Position numbers and translations under genes: made by a program | Shown here: positions 1 through 9,718 of the stretch, one piece after another | How the letters are laid out: every line of letters starts with the position of its first letter | Position numbering within the stretch: position 1 is the stretch's first letter | The notes under the pieces: model-generated | Told to the model about the DNA's origin: nothing | Database searches by the model: none | Seen by the model: only the letters and a program-made list of their open reading frames with translations | Assembly: GCA_903907925.1 (NCBI GenBank) | Contig: CAIVQB010000070.1 | Location: 61,448 to 125,447 of the forward strand | Length of the DNA: 64,000 bases | Direction of reading: 5' to 3' | Origin: an uncultured Verrucomicrobiota bacterium | GTDB taxonomy: Bacteria > Verrucomicrobiota > Verrucomicrobiia > Limisphaerales > UBA9464

Positions 1-591
1 GAACGCATCCCGCTGCAGATTCCCGGTTGATTCCCAATATTGCGCCGGTGAAAACCGATCCGGATCCAGCAAACAGAGCGCCAATTGGGTCCTGTCCTCA
101 GCCACCGCCTGCCCTTCGCTCAGCACCTCCGCCAGGACGCGACGTCCCGCCATCCCTGCTCCCCTGTACAGAGCGAGCCGGATCCGATAGTCGCTTGGCC
201 GGACCATTCCGGACGGAAGCCGCAGTCCGAGGCGTGCGATCCGTCGCAGATCGTCCTCGGACAATCCGGGAACGCGCAGGAGGGAATAGGCGGCCAACGT
301 TTGCAGGTCCGGGTTTTTGTCGATCAGCGTCCCGCGCAGGATCGGACTCAGGTTTTCATCCATGCGTGGGGCCAATGGCTGCAATCGCTCCTCCATGGCG
401 AGGGACTGAATCAATTCGAGACGCTTCTCCCCGGGCAATTCCCGCCAGTGGGATACCACAAGAGCGGCAAAAGACGGCACCGAGGAACTACGAAGCAGGG
501 CACGAGCCGCCTCGGCGCGAATTAGGTTGGTTCCACCGGAGGGCGGCAGATTCAAAATCGCCTGCAGTGTCGCCGGAATAGAGTGGTACAT
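1..591 (-). CDS. HEAT/ARM-like helical repeat protein, partial (3' end lies beyond the left window edge)
   Basis: The reverse strand is open from the ATG (complement of 589-591) to position 1, 197 codons (MYHSIPATLQAILNLPPSGGTNLIRAEAARALL...). It is absent from the ORF track because no stop lies in the window. Sequence is Leu/Ala-rich and repeat-like. The + strand ORFs 27..581 and 85..525 over the same bases are P/R/G-rich antisense artefacts. Confidence 0.5.
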   Translation of the reverse strand, partial: MYHSIPATLQAILNLPPSGGTNLIRAEAARALLRSSSVPSFAALVVSHWRELPGEKRLELIQSLAMEERLQPLAPRMDENLSPILRGTLIDKNPDLQTLAAYSLLRVPGLSEDDLRRIARLGLRLPSGMVRPSDYRIRLALYRGAGMAGRRVLAEVLSEGQAVAEDRTQLALCLLDPDRFSPAQYWESTGNLQRDAF

Positions 592-609
592 CCCCGCCCA
601 ACGCGGGGG

Positions 610-876
610 TTAAGCCCGTAACGCCGACCACAACAGCGGAAAGGATTCAGGCGCCCCATCTGTCAGCCTCGAACCAGGAAGTGGCCCTTTGGAAAGATCC
701 CAGAGGTACGGAAACCATTGTGCTTGGGTCTTGCCCAAGTATTGCGGTTCGCGGTGCCGCGTCCCCCAGAACAGAAAGAAGAGCGCCACCAGCGCGGCGA
801 GCGAACCGCTCCAAAGAACTCCTCGACGAATCCAACTCCGGTTCAATGGTCTCTGAAAGAAAGCCCCATCTCTCAT
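610..876 (-). CDS. small single-pass membrane protein; possibly the detached N-terminus of the downstream HEAT-like gene
   Basis: Internal ATG (complement of 874-876) of track ORF 610..1032. It has a hydrophobic helix (GVLWSGSLAALVALFFLFWG) followed by EPQYLGKTQAQWFPYLW. It ends at TAA (610-612), in the same reading frame as the ATG at 591. Confidence 0.35.
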   Translation of the reverse strand: MRDGAFFQRPLNRSWIRRGVLWSGSLAALVALFFLFWGTRHREPQYLGKTQAQWFPYLWDLSKGPLPGSRLTDGAPESFPLLWSALRA

Positions 877-1090
877 GGTACGCGGACAAACTGTCCACCG
901 AGGGACCACACGGCAAGGAGCAACCCAAAGGTCGGTAGAGGAGTGGTGGGGCGGCAGGAATGCCCTGTCCGTGGAAAATCCTAACCTGGTGACTCGACAA
1001 CTCTCCCAGCCGGCGCGGAACCTCACTTCCATTGCCGAGGATCCTCAAAGGTTGTTCGGTTTTTGAAACGGCGGCAGTTAGGGAGGTAGA

Positions 1091-4000
1091 ATGAACGACG
1101 CGGATTCCGAATTGCTGAAGCGATACTCAGGGCAGGGGGATGAAGCGGCCTTTGCCGATCTGGTCGGGCGGTATGCCGACCTTGTGTACTCGGCCGCGTT
1201 GCGCCAGACCCTGCAGGACTCGGGCGATGCCGAGGAAGTGACCCAAAGGGTGTTCACCGAACTCGCGCGGAAGGCGTCCCGGCTCGACCGGCATTCCTCG
1301 ATCGCCGGGTGGCTCTACACCTGCACGCGGTTGGCGGCCATGGAGTTCCGTCGCTCTGAGGTTCGGCGTCGTGTTCGTGATTCCCAATTCGCCGCCATGA
1401 ACGAACCGGAGACCTCGTCCAACCCGAACCCGGAATGGGAGAAGATTCGTCCGTTGCTGGACGAGGCCATGGATGGTCTGACGCAGATTGATCGGGATGC
1501 CGTCCTGCTGCGGTATTTCGAACGCCGCCCACTTGCAGAGGTGGGACAGCGTCTCGGTCTCACCGACAATGCCGCCCGGATGCGGATCACCCGTGCCCTG
1601 GACCGGCTCCAGACGATCCTTGCCAAGCGTGGCATCGTCTCGACCTCGGCCGCCCTGGCTTTGGTGCTCGGTCAACACGCGGTCGCTGCGGCGCCCGTGG
1701 GTCTGACGGATCGGATTGGTTCAAAGGTGCTGGCGCCCGGCTCCTCACTTCCCGCATTGGACCGGGTTCGATGGCCGGTCGCGACCGGGGCAATCGTGGT
1801 CGTGGTCGCCACCTTCTTGGTCGGGATTGGAGTCTGGACTGCCGTCCAACGGACTCGCGGTCAGGCGGCAATCCGCCAGTCGCCTACCGGGGTGGCTACA
1901 CCGCTCCTCAAGTCGAGTTCATCCCGCCCACGGGCTTTGGCGGACTCGAAGGAATCGATCTTTGCGTCTTCCGCAACGATCGAGACCGCCGGCGAATCCC
2001 TGCTCTCGCTCCAGATCCTGGCCAGTGACACCGGGCAGGCGATTCCTGGGGCCATCGTCGGCCAGACGATTTGGACCGCCCCCTCCTTCCAAGGCATGAC
2101 TGCCAAGCGCATTGCGGCCGATCGCAGCGGCGTGGTCTGGGTTCACATTCCGACGAATGCCCATCGGGTTCGCCTGACCAGCCGCACGGATGGCTATGTC
2201 GACACCCAGATGCGCTGGGACGTGATCAACGGGGAACAAGTGCCCACGAACTACGTGGTGCGCCTGGATTGGGCACCCGTGATCGGCGGGCGCGTTGTGG
2301 ATTCACGGGAACAACCGGTCGCCGATGCCGAGGTGAACCTTCAATTGGATGAACGCCCTTCTGATCGCCACGGAATCGAAAGCCACGCATTTGGACAGGT
2401 GAAGGCACTCACCGATTCCGATGGTCGATGGAGTCTGGCGCGAATTGCTCCGGAGATGATCGAAAAATCCCGAATCAGTGCGAGTCACGCCGAGTATCAA
2501 CCCGTCGATCCGGTTGATTTACCGAGCCACCCCGATGCGGTGGCCTTGTTGCGGAATCAATCGCATGTCCTGCGCCTGGCTGCCGCGCAAACCCTGCGTG
2601 GCGTGGTCACAGACACCGCCGGGCATGTCCTGCCTGACGCATTGGTCTCCGTGCGCCGGCCCACGGTGCGAGAGACCCACACGACGGCCTACGGCGAGTT
2701 TGTGCTGCCCGGCTGTCCGATCGGAAACCACTGGCTGCACGCGGAGGCTCCCGGATTTGCCGCGCAGGTCGTGGCGATTCGTCCGCCGCTGAAAACGGAG
2801 CCGCTGCGGATCCAACTCGAGCCAGGTGCCACCATCCGGGTTCGCGTGTCCGACGCGGGCGGCGTGGCGATCAGCAATGCCTGGTTTGCCTTCACCGGTC
2901 TCATCGAGAATCCCAAGGCCGACCCGGACATGCCGTCGAGGCCACTCTCGGCCGAATTTGTCGCCTTCACCGATGGGGACGGGAAGGCGCAGTGGACGAA
3001 TGCTCCAACGGGAGGTGCTGTGTTCGATTTCATCGCACAAGGCTATGAGCCGTTGAGGAACGTCCGTCTCCCAGTGGACGGCGTGGAGCATCGGATCGAT
3101 ATGCAGGCCCAGGTCAATTTGACCATCGAGGGGACCGTGGTCGACGCGCAGGATCATACGCCCATTCCGACCTTCCGGATCGCAGTCGGTGTACCGACTG
3201 CCCAGGCTCCTGGCGCTGAGGAGTTCGGCACGTTCTATGAGAATGACTCGACCTGGCAGCAATTCTCCAGTGGGCGATTCCGGCATGGATTCTCGAAAGA
3301 AGACCTCCGGTTCGCTCAGGATTCACGGGTGATAGTCCGCGCCGAAGCGGATGGGTACGAGCCTTGGCTCTCGAAGGTCATCCGCTCGAATGACGGTGAG
3401 GTTCACTTTCAGGTCGAATTGCAAAAGGCGTTGCTCCGCACCCTGACCATCAAAGCGCCTGACGGTGTTCCTGCCGCGGGAGCCGAGTTGGGAGTGATCC
3501 GCGGCGCCGAAGTGCTCTGGTTGAAGGGCTCTCAATTCGCCAGGGACCGGGGCATGAATCCGGTCAATTTCTTTCGAGCGGATGCGGCAGGAACCACAAC
3601 CGTGCGCGTTGGCAATCGTGACGGGCATGTTCTCGTAGCCCACGCCTCCGGGTATGCGGAGCGTACGTTCGAGTCTTTTGCAAAGGAGACCGAGGTCGCG
3701 CTAGTTCCGTGGTCCAAGATCGATGTGCAGTTCGAAACACTGGATCCGGAAGCGATGGATGTATGGGTTTTCCCAATTGGAGTCCGCGGCAGCCATCTCC
3801 AGTTGGACTGGGAAACATCGCATACGAAAGCCGATTCCAACGGTCGTTGTTCGTTGGCATTGATTCCTCCTGGAGAATGGTTGGTTCAACAGTACCGACC
3901 CATCTCGCGGGCCAATGGTGGAGCCACCTTTCAACCGGGTGCACAAAAGCGGGTTCAACTTGCCGATGGCAAAACTGCGTCGATTCGATTGGGGGGAGGG

Positions 4001-4408
4001 TTCCAAATCAAAGGCAAGATTCAGGTTCCCGACGGCGTGGTCGTTCCTCCTACGACCCGCTGGGTCGGGAGGATTCGATGGGGTGCCGGCCCTGCGAATC
4101 CGCCGGGAATCAAACCCTGGAGCGCTGCGTACGTGGAGTGGCGTCAACGCCCGGAAATTCGGCGGCAATTTGACGAGATCCAATCACGAAGCCGTGAGTT
4201 TATCGTCAAAACGGACCTGTCCTTTACCGCGGACGGTGTGGAGCCGGGAACGTATCAATTGATGCTTTTGGCGACCCTCGAAAATCAGGCGCTGAAGTTG
4301 GAACAACCGCTCGTTGTTCCGGAGGGAAAAACTCCCGGCGTGATCGACCTCGGACTAATTCCGGTCGCGGTGGATCATCCGAAAGGTGCTGGGCATCTGG
4401 ACCGGTGA
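1091..4408 (+). CDS. ECF sigma-70 factor fused to a TM helix and an extracytoplasmic array of carboxypeptidase-regulatory-like beta-sandwich domains
   Basis: 1105-aa ORF with GGGAGG at 1081-1086, 4 nt before the ATG. The N-terminal ~190 aa carry sigma region 2 (FADLVGRYADLVYSAALRQT) and the region 4 HTH (LTDNAARMRITRALDRLQ). A TM helix follows (ATGAIVVVVATFLVGIGVWTAV). Then come repeated modules such as IGGRVVDSREQPVADAEV, LRGVVTDTAGHVLPDALV and IEGTVVDAQDHTPIP. Confidence 0.85.
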   Translation: MNDADSELLKRYSGQGDEAAFADLVGRYADLVYSAALRQTLQDSGDAEEVTQRVFTELARKASRLDRHSSIAGWLYTCTRLAAMEFRRSEVRRRVRDSQFAAMNEPETSSNPNPEWEKIRPLLDEAMDGLTQIDRDAVLLRYFERRPLAEVGQRLGLTDNAARMRITRALDRLQTILAKRGIVSTSAALALVLGQHAVAAAPVGLTDRIGSKVLAPGSSLPALDRVRWPVATGAIVVVVATFLVGIGVWTAVQRTRGQAAIRQSPTGVATPLLKSSSSRPRALADSKESIFASSATIETAGESLLSLQILASDTGQAIPGAIVGQTIWTAPSFQGMTAKRIAADRSGVVWVHIPTNAHRVRLTSRTDGYVDTQMRWDVINGEQVPTNYVVRLDWAPVIGGRVVDSREQPVADAEVNLQLDERPSDRHGIESHAFGQVKALTDSDGRWSLARIAPEMIEKSRISASHAEYQPVDPVDLPSHPDAVALLRNQSHVLRLAAAQTLRGVVTDTAGHVLPDALVSVRRPTVRETHTTAYGEFVLPGCPIGNHWLHAEAPGFAAQVVAIRPPLKTEPLRIQLEPGATIRVRVSDAGGVAISNAWFAFTGLIENPKADPDMPSRPLSAEFVAFTDGDGKAQWTNAPTGGAVFDFIAQGYEPLRNVRLPVDGVEHRIDMQAQVNLTIEGTVVDAQDHTPIPTFRIAVGVPTAQAPGAEEFGTFYENDSTWQQFSSGRFRHGFSKEDLRFAQDSRVIVRAEADGYEPWLSKVIRSNDGEVHFQVELQKALLRTLTIKAPDGVPAAGAELGVIRGAEVLWLKGSQFARDRGMNPVNFFRADAAGTTTVRVGNRDGHVLVAHASGYAERTFESFAKETEVALVPWSKIDVQFETLDPEAMDVWVFPIGVRGSHLQLDWETSHTKADSNGRCSLALIPPGEWLVQQYRPISRANGGATFQPGAQKRVQLADGKTASIRLGGGFQIKGKIQVPDGVVVPPTTRWVGRIRWGAGPANPPGIKPWSAAYVEWRQRPEIRRQFDEIQSRSREFIVKTDLSFTADGVEPGTYQLMLLATLENQALKLEQPLVVPEGKTPGVIDLGLIPVAVDHPKGAGHLDR

Positions 4409-4445
4409 CAGGAACCGTCTCCGCGTGGTAGAGCGGTGCAAATCC

Positions 4446-5000
4446 ATGGAGGAGACCACGGCCCCCAGTCGCAATTCCAAGAGACCGAAGCATGTGTTGG
4501 TCGGGCTTCTCGTGTTGCTGCTGGTGGGCGTCGTGCTGTTCTTCGCTGCGAGGCCCAGTGCTCCAGGGAGAATCTCTGTTCGATACCTTGGCCGCATTGA
4601 TCAACCTGGGAATACACGACTGACCTTGGCGATTACCAATGTTGGAACGTCCTTGGTCTTTACTTCGGCGTACACGGAAATTGAGTCCAACGGTAGTTCG
4701 AATCAATTCCGAGTTGGGACGAAGATGTCCCGAGACCGACTGCGCCCTGGCGAGGGATTTGTGACGGACTGCATGTTGTCGACTGAAGCGGTTCCTGCGC
4801 TCGACAAGCGGTGGAGGGTGACTTGCTACTTTGGTCGAAACGGGATCCGCTCTTGGATCAGCGTGTGGCAGTGGGGACGGAATGGTCCCGGCCCGAAGGT
4901 CAACTGGCTGGTGCCGAACTTTCTCAAAGGAATGCCCCTGACCGTGATTGGGACCTCCGACTGGAACGACCCCGTTCCGGCGTCTTCAAATGTCAGGTAG
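4446..5000 (+). CDS. hypothetical single-pass membrane protein (paralogous in architecture to 9719..10432)
   Basis: ATG at 4446 inside track ORF 4386..5000. It has an N-terminal helix (HVLVGLLVLLLVGVVLFFAA) and then a beta-rich domain (ISVRYLGRIDQPGNTRLTLAITNVGTSLVF). It lies directly downstream of the sigma-fusion gene. Confidence 0.55.
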   Translation: MEETTAPSRNSKRPKHVLVGLLVLLLVGVVLFFAARPSAPGRISVRYLGRIDQPGNTRLTLAITNVGTSLVFTSAYTEIESNGSSNQFRVGTKMSRDRLRPGEGFVTDCMLSTEAVPALDKRWRVTCYFGRNGIRSWISVWQWGRNGPGPKVNWLVPNFLKGMPLTVIGTSDWNDPVPASSNVR

Positions 5001-5017
5001 TGACAGGGCAGATCCCA

Positions 5018-8000
5018 CTACCGGGTTTGAATCGGAATTGTGATGACGCCCAGGTCCACCGGGGAGTCGCTGAAACTGCCGTCGGGCACTCTGATGGGTA
5101 GGTCAAGACTCCCGGATGCCTGCGCGGGATTTTGCAGATACGGATTCCCGAAGTCCTCAGCTGGATATCGCAGGGCGAGCTTGAAGACGTAGTTACCGCT
5201 GGGAACGTCCTCGATTCTGAAGGATCCGTCCGATTCAATTCTTGGAAAGTAACGACGAGTGCGCTGGTCACGAAAGACTGACAGTCGAGCCGAACGGACA
5301 CGCTCAGTCTCATTGAGACGGTTCAATTCCAGGGACGGGTTGGGAGGATCGTTCCGCTCCATTTCGAGAGTCTGGAGATCGTCCGTCCAATGGTAACCGG
5401 GTACGGGCTGTGACAGATGGAGACGCCCCACTACGGCCCGCCCCGTTGTTTCCAACTTCACCTCGGAGAGGATGCCAGGCTGTACGTCCATCCGATACCC
5501 GGGACCAACGCCGACTCGTCCGAGTCGGCTGCCACTGGGATTGTACATCCGTCGCAAGATGACCGAAACGGGTGGGACTGCGTCGAATCGGAATCGTCCG
5601 TTGGCATCCGTTTCTGTCGAAGAATCAATTGGAATACCCAAAGGATCCGATTCCTTCTCCGGAAGGAGAGTGTGAAGAAGAATCCTTTGATTCGCCGCCG
5701 GCCGACCCGCGGTGAGAGCGACCCCTTCGATCGACCCCCACGGTTGGATCACGATCGGAACGTTGGTCGCCCGGCCCACAGGAAGAATTCCCACCCCGGA
5801 GTCATGCACCACGAGGACCTGTTCGGAATTCAACTTCAAGGGAAATGAGAAGTGTCCGTCGGAACGGGTGACCATCTGGGGAATCTCGCCACCCGAGTGT
5901 GTCGCCTTCTTGTCGCGGAGGGTGAACCCGAATCCTAGCCCTTGGAGCGAGACGACTGCTCCCGCGAGGGGATGTCCCTCCACATCCACGACCTGCCCTC
6001 TCACGATGTTTCCCTTCCGCAACCGAAATTCGAAGTTTTGTGCGCCGTCCTTTGCGGGTCGAACATCCGAGAGTGTGGACTCGTAGCCTTCCGCGCGGAC
6101 CTCCAGGGAAAAGCTGTCGTGGAACATCATTTCCACCGGCCAATCAAAGCGACCAGAGGTTCCGTCACCGACGAGCCCCAACATGCCTCCGCGGTGGTCA
6201 TCAAGCCACACTTGGAAACGGGGTAGAGGCTCACCGGAATTGGCGTCCACAGCGGAACCGAACAGGCGGACGTGTTGCGCTGCCGCAACTCCGCGTTCGA
6301 ACTCACTCTTGGAAGCGTCCTTGCGGGTCAGTCGAAGGCTCACTTCATTTCCGGTGGGTCCCACTTCGACCTCCTGTTCGCGGCCGGTAAAACCTTCGGT
6401 AGCGGCTTCCAGGAGAACCTTTCCCAGGGCAAACGGACCAATCTCGAATCGGCCTTCAGGGTCCGTCTTGGCTTCGCGCTGGGGATCACCCAGGTGGTTA
6501 TTCTCCTCAACGGTTGCATTGGGAATCGGTTGGTCATCTGGTCCGAGAACACGGCCGGTGACCTTCCATCCGTGCTGCAGCGTCACGACGTGGTTGGTCG
6601 CGAGGGACGCTGGGCCATCCAGCATGGCCCGGGCGCGAACGAAGTCTGGATGAGTCACCGTGTACCGGATGCGTGAGTAATCGCCAACCAATGCCGGGAT
6701 CTGATCGCTGCGAAAACGACCGGAAGCATCGGTGGTCACCTGAGTTAGCTTTGGGGCGAAGCCAATGTCTTGTCGCTGTGCCACCCACATTCCTGGTCCG
6801 TTGATACGGATGACGGCATCCGAAACCGGGAGTCCGGATTCATCCTGCACGACACCTTGAAGGGTCTGGCCGGGTTCCAGCAGGCACTCATAGAGTAACA
6901 CCGGTTCGACGAACTCATGCTGGCGCCAGTTGAGGACGACCGGAACATGGCCCGGAGCGGAGACCCAAGCTCGAAGTTCGTAGATCCGTGGATCGGTGGC
7001 AAGAATCTCCAAGCTGCCGCTTGAGTCGGTGGAATAAATGCGACTCGTGTCGAGCGTGACCCCACGCCCCCAAAGAGACACGGCCACCTGAGCCACCAAT
7101 GGTCGGTGGTTCGTGGAGGATCTGACTTGGAGCAGGATTTTCGACGGGACGATCTTGGCTGCTGGTGCTGCGTTCCCGAGATTTGGCCCGATCGGACTTC
7201 CAGAGGTGGTCGCGATTGCGTTGGTTGAGACCGCCGCCGATTCGAGTGGTGCAATGCTTTCACCCCGGGGCAGGAACAAGAGCACCGCAAGCGGGACGAG
7301 GACGAACGCCACGACAGTTCGCGCCGCCAGTCGCCGGATGCGGGCCATCGACTCATCCCGAATCGCATCGTTTGCCAGAGTGGAGGCAATGCTGGATGCG
7401 GCGCGGCCTCCTGCGTCCGACACAATCTGGCCGGCAAGATCCGCGGGCGCTGCCATGACGGGAAGGTTGCCGAGCAGTGACAACAGGCCCGCTGCGGTCA
7501 GCACCGCGCCTTTGCTGGTCAGCAACCCACGCAGCTTTTCCAGCGCCCGTTGGACACGCATGCGGGCGGCGTCTTCGGTTACGCCGAGACGATCTCCCAC
7601 GAGACGCAGTGGCTTGCCCTCCAGGAACCGCAGGACCAGGGCATCGCGATCCGACCCAGGTAGCGACGCCAGCGCGGCATCGAGATGAGGTGCGACCTCG
7701 GTCCAGTGTTCGGGGACTTCTGTGGATTCGGCCGTAGGTGGTTGCATGGCGGACGCGGATTCGTGATGGGATCGACGCCGTTCCGCGAGCAAAGCGCGGG
7801 CGGCCACGAAACGCGTGGTTTGGAACAGCCAGCCGGAGAGAATCACCTTGGGACTCAGGGAATCGGCCTTGCGGGCGAGGACCAGGAACACCGCCTGCAC
7901 GATGTCGTCCACCAGCGGGGACGCGCCCACCTGCCGGCGGGCCGAGGCGTAAACCAGGTCGACATAGCGTCGAACCAATTCCGCGAATGCAGTCTCGTCG

Positions 8001-8041
8001 CGACGTGTGACCCAAGTCCTGAGCAGTTCCGTATCGTTCAT
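5018..8041 (-). CDS. ECF sigma-70 factor fused to a TM helix and carboxypeptidase-regulatory-like domain array
   Basis: 1007-aa ORF with ATG start. Region 2 is FAELVRRYVDLVYASARRQV and region 4 is VTEDAARMRVQRALEKLR. The TM helix is TVVAFVLVPLAVLLFLP. Repeated modules include LQGVVQDESGLPVSDAVI, VTGRVLGPDDQPIPNATV, VRGQVVDVEGHPLAGAVV and TDANGRFRFDAVPP. Confidence 0.85.
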   Translation of the reverse strand: MNDTELLRTWVTRRDETAFAELVRRYVDLVYASARRQVGASPLVDDIVQAVFLVLARKADSLSPKVILSGWLFQTTRFVAARALLAERRRSHHESASAMQPPTAESTEVPEHWTEVAPHLDAALASLPGSDRDALVLRFLEGKPLRLVGDRLGVTEDAARMRVQRALEKLRGLLTSKGAVLTAAGLLSLLGNLPVMAAPADLAGQIVSDAGGRAASSIASTLANDAIRDESMARIRRLAARTVVAFVLVPLAVLLFLPRGESIAPLESAAVSTNAIATTSGSPIGPNLGNAAPAAKIVPSKILLQVRSSTNHRPLVAQVAVSLWGRGVTLDTSRIYSTDSSGSLEILATDPRIYELRAWVSAPGHVPVVLNWRQHEFVEPVLLYECLLEPGQTLQGVVQDESGLPVSDAVIRINGPGMWVAQRQDIGFAPKLTQVTTDASGRFRSDQIPALVGDYSRIRYTVTHPDFVRARAMLDGPASLATNHVVTLQHGWKVTGRVLGPDDQPIPNATVEENNHLGDPQREAKTDPEGRFEIGPFALGKVLLEAATEGFTGREQEVEVGPTGNEVSLRLTRKDASKSEFERGVAAAQHVRLFGSAVDANSGEPLPRFQVWLDDHRGGMLGLVGDGTSGRFDWPVEMMFHDSFSLEVRAEGYESTLSDVRPAKDGAQNFEFRLRKGNIVRGQVVDVEGHPLAGAVVSLQGLGFGFTLRDKKATHSGGEIPQMVTRSDGHFSFPLKLNSEQVLVVHDSGVGILPVGRATNVPIVIQPWGSIEGVALTAGRPAANQRILLHTLLPEKESDPLGIPIDSSTETDANGRFRFDAVPPVSVILRRMYNPSGSRLGRVGVGPGYRMDVQPGILSEVKLETTGRAVVGRLHLSQPVPGYHWTDDLQTLEMERNDPPNPSLELNRLNETERVRSARLSVFRDQRTRRYFPRIESDGSFRIEDVPSGNYVFKLALRYPAEDFGNPYLQNPAQASGSLDLPIRVPDGSFSDSPVDLGVITIPIQTR

Positions 8042-8163
8042 GATGCGCTTCGTTTCAGGGGGTTATCCCCGGCCAAACGCGAAGCGAACGTAAAAACATT
8101 CGAGCGCCCAACAAAGATCGCATCGCCTCCAGCGCAGCCGCGAGGACTCGTCTCAAGATCCCC

Positions 8164-9717
8164 TTATTTTCGTCCTCCGGCCCCTTCGTTCCGGGGAAGG
8201 GGAACAGTGAACGTGGGCCGCTCCCAGCTTGTGATTTGTTCAACCTCCCAATGATCCTGCACCGGCTTGACCGTCAGACTCACTCCGGATTGTTGGGATG
8301 CGCCGGGTCTCGTCACGACGACAGAAACCGTTTTCCCCGACGGCACAAAGGTCGCGTCCGAAATCAGTTCCAGCAGTACTTCTGAAGAACCCGTTACAGC
8401 CCTGACGATCCCGTCCCTCAATTTCTCTGCCTGAACGTCCTTGTCCCAAGGCCCGAGCATCGAGCTGTCGTTGGCGATCAACGCGGAGAACGCCCGGGGA
8501 TCGTTCAAGGCCGCCCAGAACAACGTCTTGACCGTGTCCAGCGGAGACTGGGTTCCGAGGTTCTCGAGTTCCCCGGGGTTGAGGGCTTTTCCAATCACTT
8601 TGGCAATCGATCGGATGGGTTTCGATCCCACTGGAGGAGGTCCACCCGGGCCGCTTCCGAAAGCAAGAGTGATGATGACCTCGTCGGGCGCCAGTTGCTG
8701 GAATGGTTGCAACGAGAGCGTCGGTGCCGTGATCTGCCTATCCGCGATCGATCTTGCGGTCGCTTGATTCCGAAGCATTGCCATCTCTCCGCGCAATCGA
8801 AGCAGTTCCTCGTGTTCTTTTCGAAGCTTTGCCAGTTCGGCAGGATCGACATCCGGAAGTCTTGGAACAACCTCACCGGCTGCTGCGATCTGGCGTTCAA
8901 GTACGGCCACCGACTCCTTCAACCGCGTCTTTTCCAAGCTCTGGAGAACGATCGTCGCAACCAGTCCGACCGCCACCAGGCCCGCACCGATAGGCTGAAG
9001 CTTTCCGATGCCGAGCAGCTGGGTTGCGGATGAACCGACGGCTGGAAGTGCTGCTTCCGAGAGGGCCGAAGAACAGAGTGCCGGAAGAAGTCCGCTCGGG
9101 GCTGAAGCGACGGCCTGCTGACCGAGGGCTGCACCGAGCGCCGCCGCGGTGGACGTGATGCCACGATCCGACAGAACGTTCCGAAGGCAGTCCAACGCCC
9201 TCGAAACCCGCTTCTGCGCTGCATCCTCTGAAACACCGAGGACGCGACCCAGATCCCGCAGATTCCGACGTTCGTAGAACCGCAAAAGAATGGCGGTCCG
9301 ATCAGATTTCGAAAGGTGCTCCACCGCCTCGTCAATGACGGGAGTCAGTTGGGACCAATCGGTGTTGTCATCGTTCGAGACGCTCATGGCGGCGGCTTCC
9401 TCACGTGTCCGTCTCCGGCATTCGGTGCGGACCATCTTGGCTGAAACAAAACAGGTGTGTTGGTGAAGCCATCCGGAGAGAGGTGTGAATGCCGAGATCG
9501 CCATTCCGCGCTCCCGGATCTTGCGAGCCAGATCGGTGAATACCAACTGCGTCACGTCCCGGGCCAGGTGGCTGTCACCCCCGACCCTTCGCAGGGCGAC
9601 GGAATACACGTGATCCAGGTGCTCTCCCATCAGGCTTGCAAAGGATTCCTCGCTCCCGTCTCTGGCGAACCGCCTGAAGCTCTCCGATGAGTCAATTGTT
9701 GGTTCGATGGCTGTCAT
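8164..9717 (-). CDS. ECF sigma-70 factor fused to a TM helix, a coiled coil and a C-terminal globular domain
   Basis: I prefer the ATG at 9717 (MTAIEPTIDSSESFRRF...) over the track start at 9831. Region 2 is FASLMGEHLDHVYSVALRRV and region 4 is VSEDAAQKRVSRALDCLR. The TM helix is GAGLVAVGLVATIVLQSL. A heptad-like segment follows (LKESVAVLERQIAAAGE...LRKEHEELLRLRGEMAMLRNQ). Confidence 0.8.
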   Translation of the reverse strand: MTAIEPTIDSSESFRRFARDGSEESFASLMGEHLDHVYSVALRRVGGDSHLARDVTQLVFTDLARKIRERGMAISAFTPLSGWLHQHTCFVSAKMVRTECRRRTREEAAAMSVSNDDNTDWSQLTPVIDEAVEHLSKSDRTAILLRFYERRNLRDLGRVLGVSEDAAQKRVSRALDCLRNVLSDRGITSTAAALGAALGQQAVASAPSGLLPALCSSALSEAALPAVGSSATQLLGIGKLQPIGAGLVAVGLVATIVLQSLEKTRLKESVAVLERQIAAAGEVVPRLPDVDPAELAKLRKEHEELLRLRGEMAMLRNQATARSIADRQITAPTLSLQPFQQLAPDEVIITLAFGSGPGGPPPVGSKPIRSIAKVIGKALNPGELENLGTQSPLDTVKTLFWAALNDPRAFSALIANDSSMLGPWDKDVQAEKLRDGIVRAVTGSSEVLLELISDATFVPSGKTVSVVVTRPGASQQSGVSLTVKPVQDHWEVEQITSWERPTFTVPLPRNEGAGGRK

Positions 9718-9718
9718 C

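Noticed and set aside
27-581. 184-aa and 146-aa plus-strand ORFs at the left edge
   Set aside because: The translations are P/R/G/S-rich. The minus strand is open across the whole region and reads as a helical repeat protein.
1064-1090. TGAAAC at 1064-1069 (and another TGAAAC 13 nt upstream of the ATG at 8041) as SigW-like ECF -35 elements for autoregulation
   Set aside because: No CGTA-type -10 lies at the right spacing. The position is too close to the start codons and overlaps the SD, so it cannot be a promoter for these ORFs.
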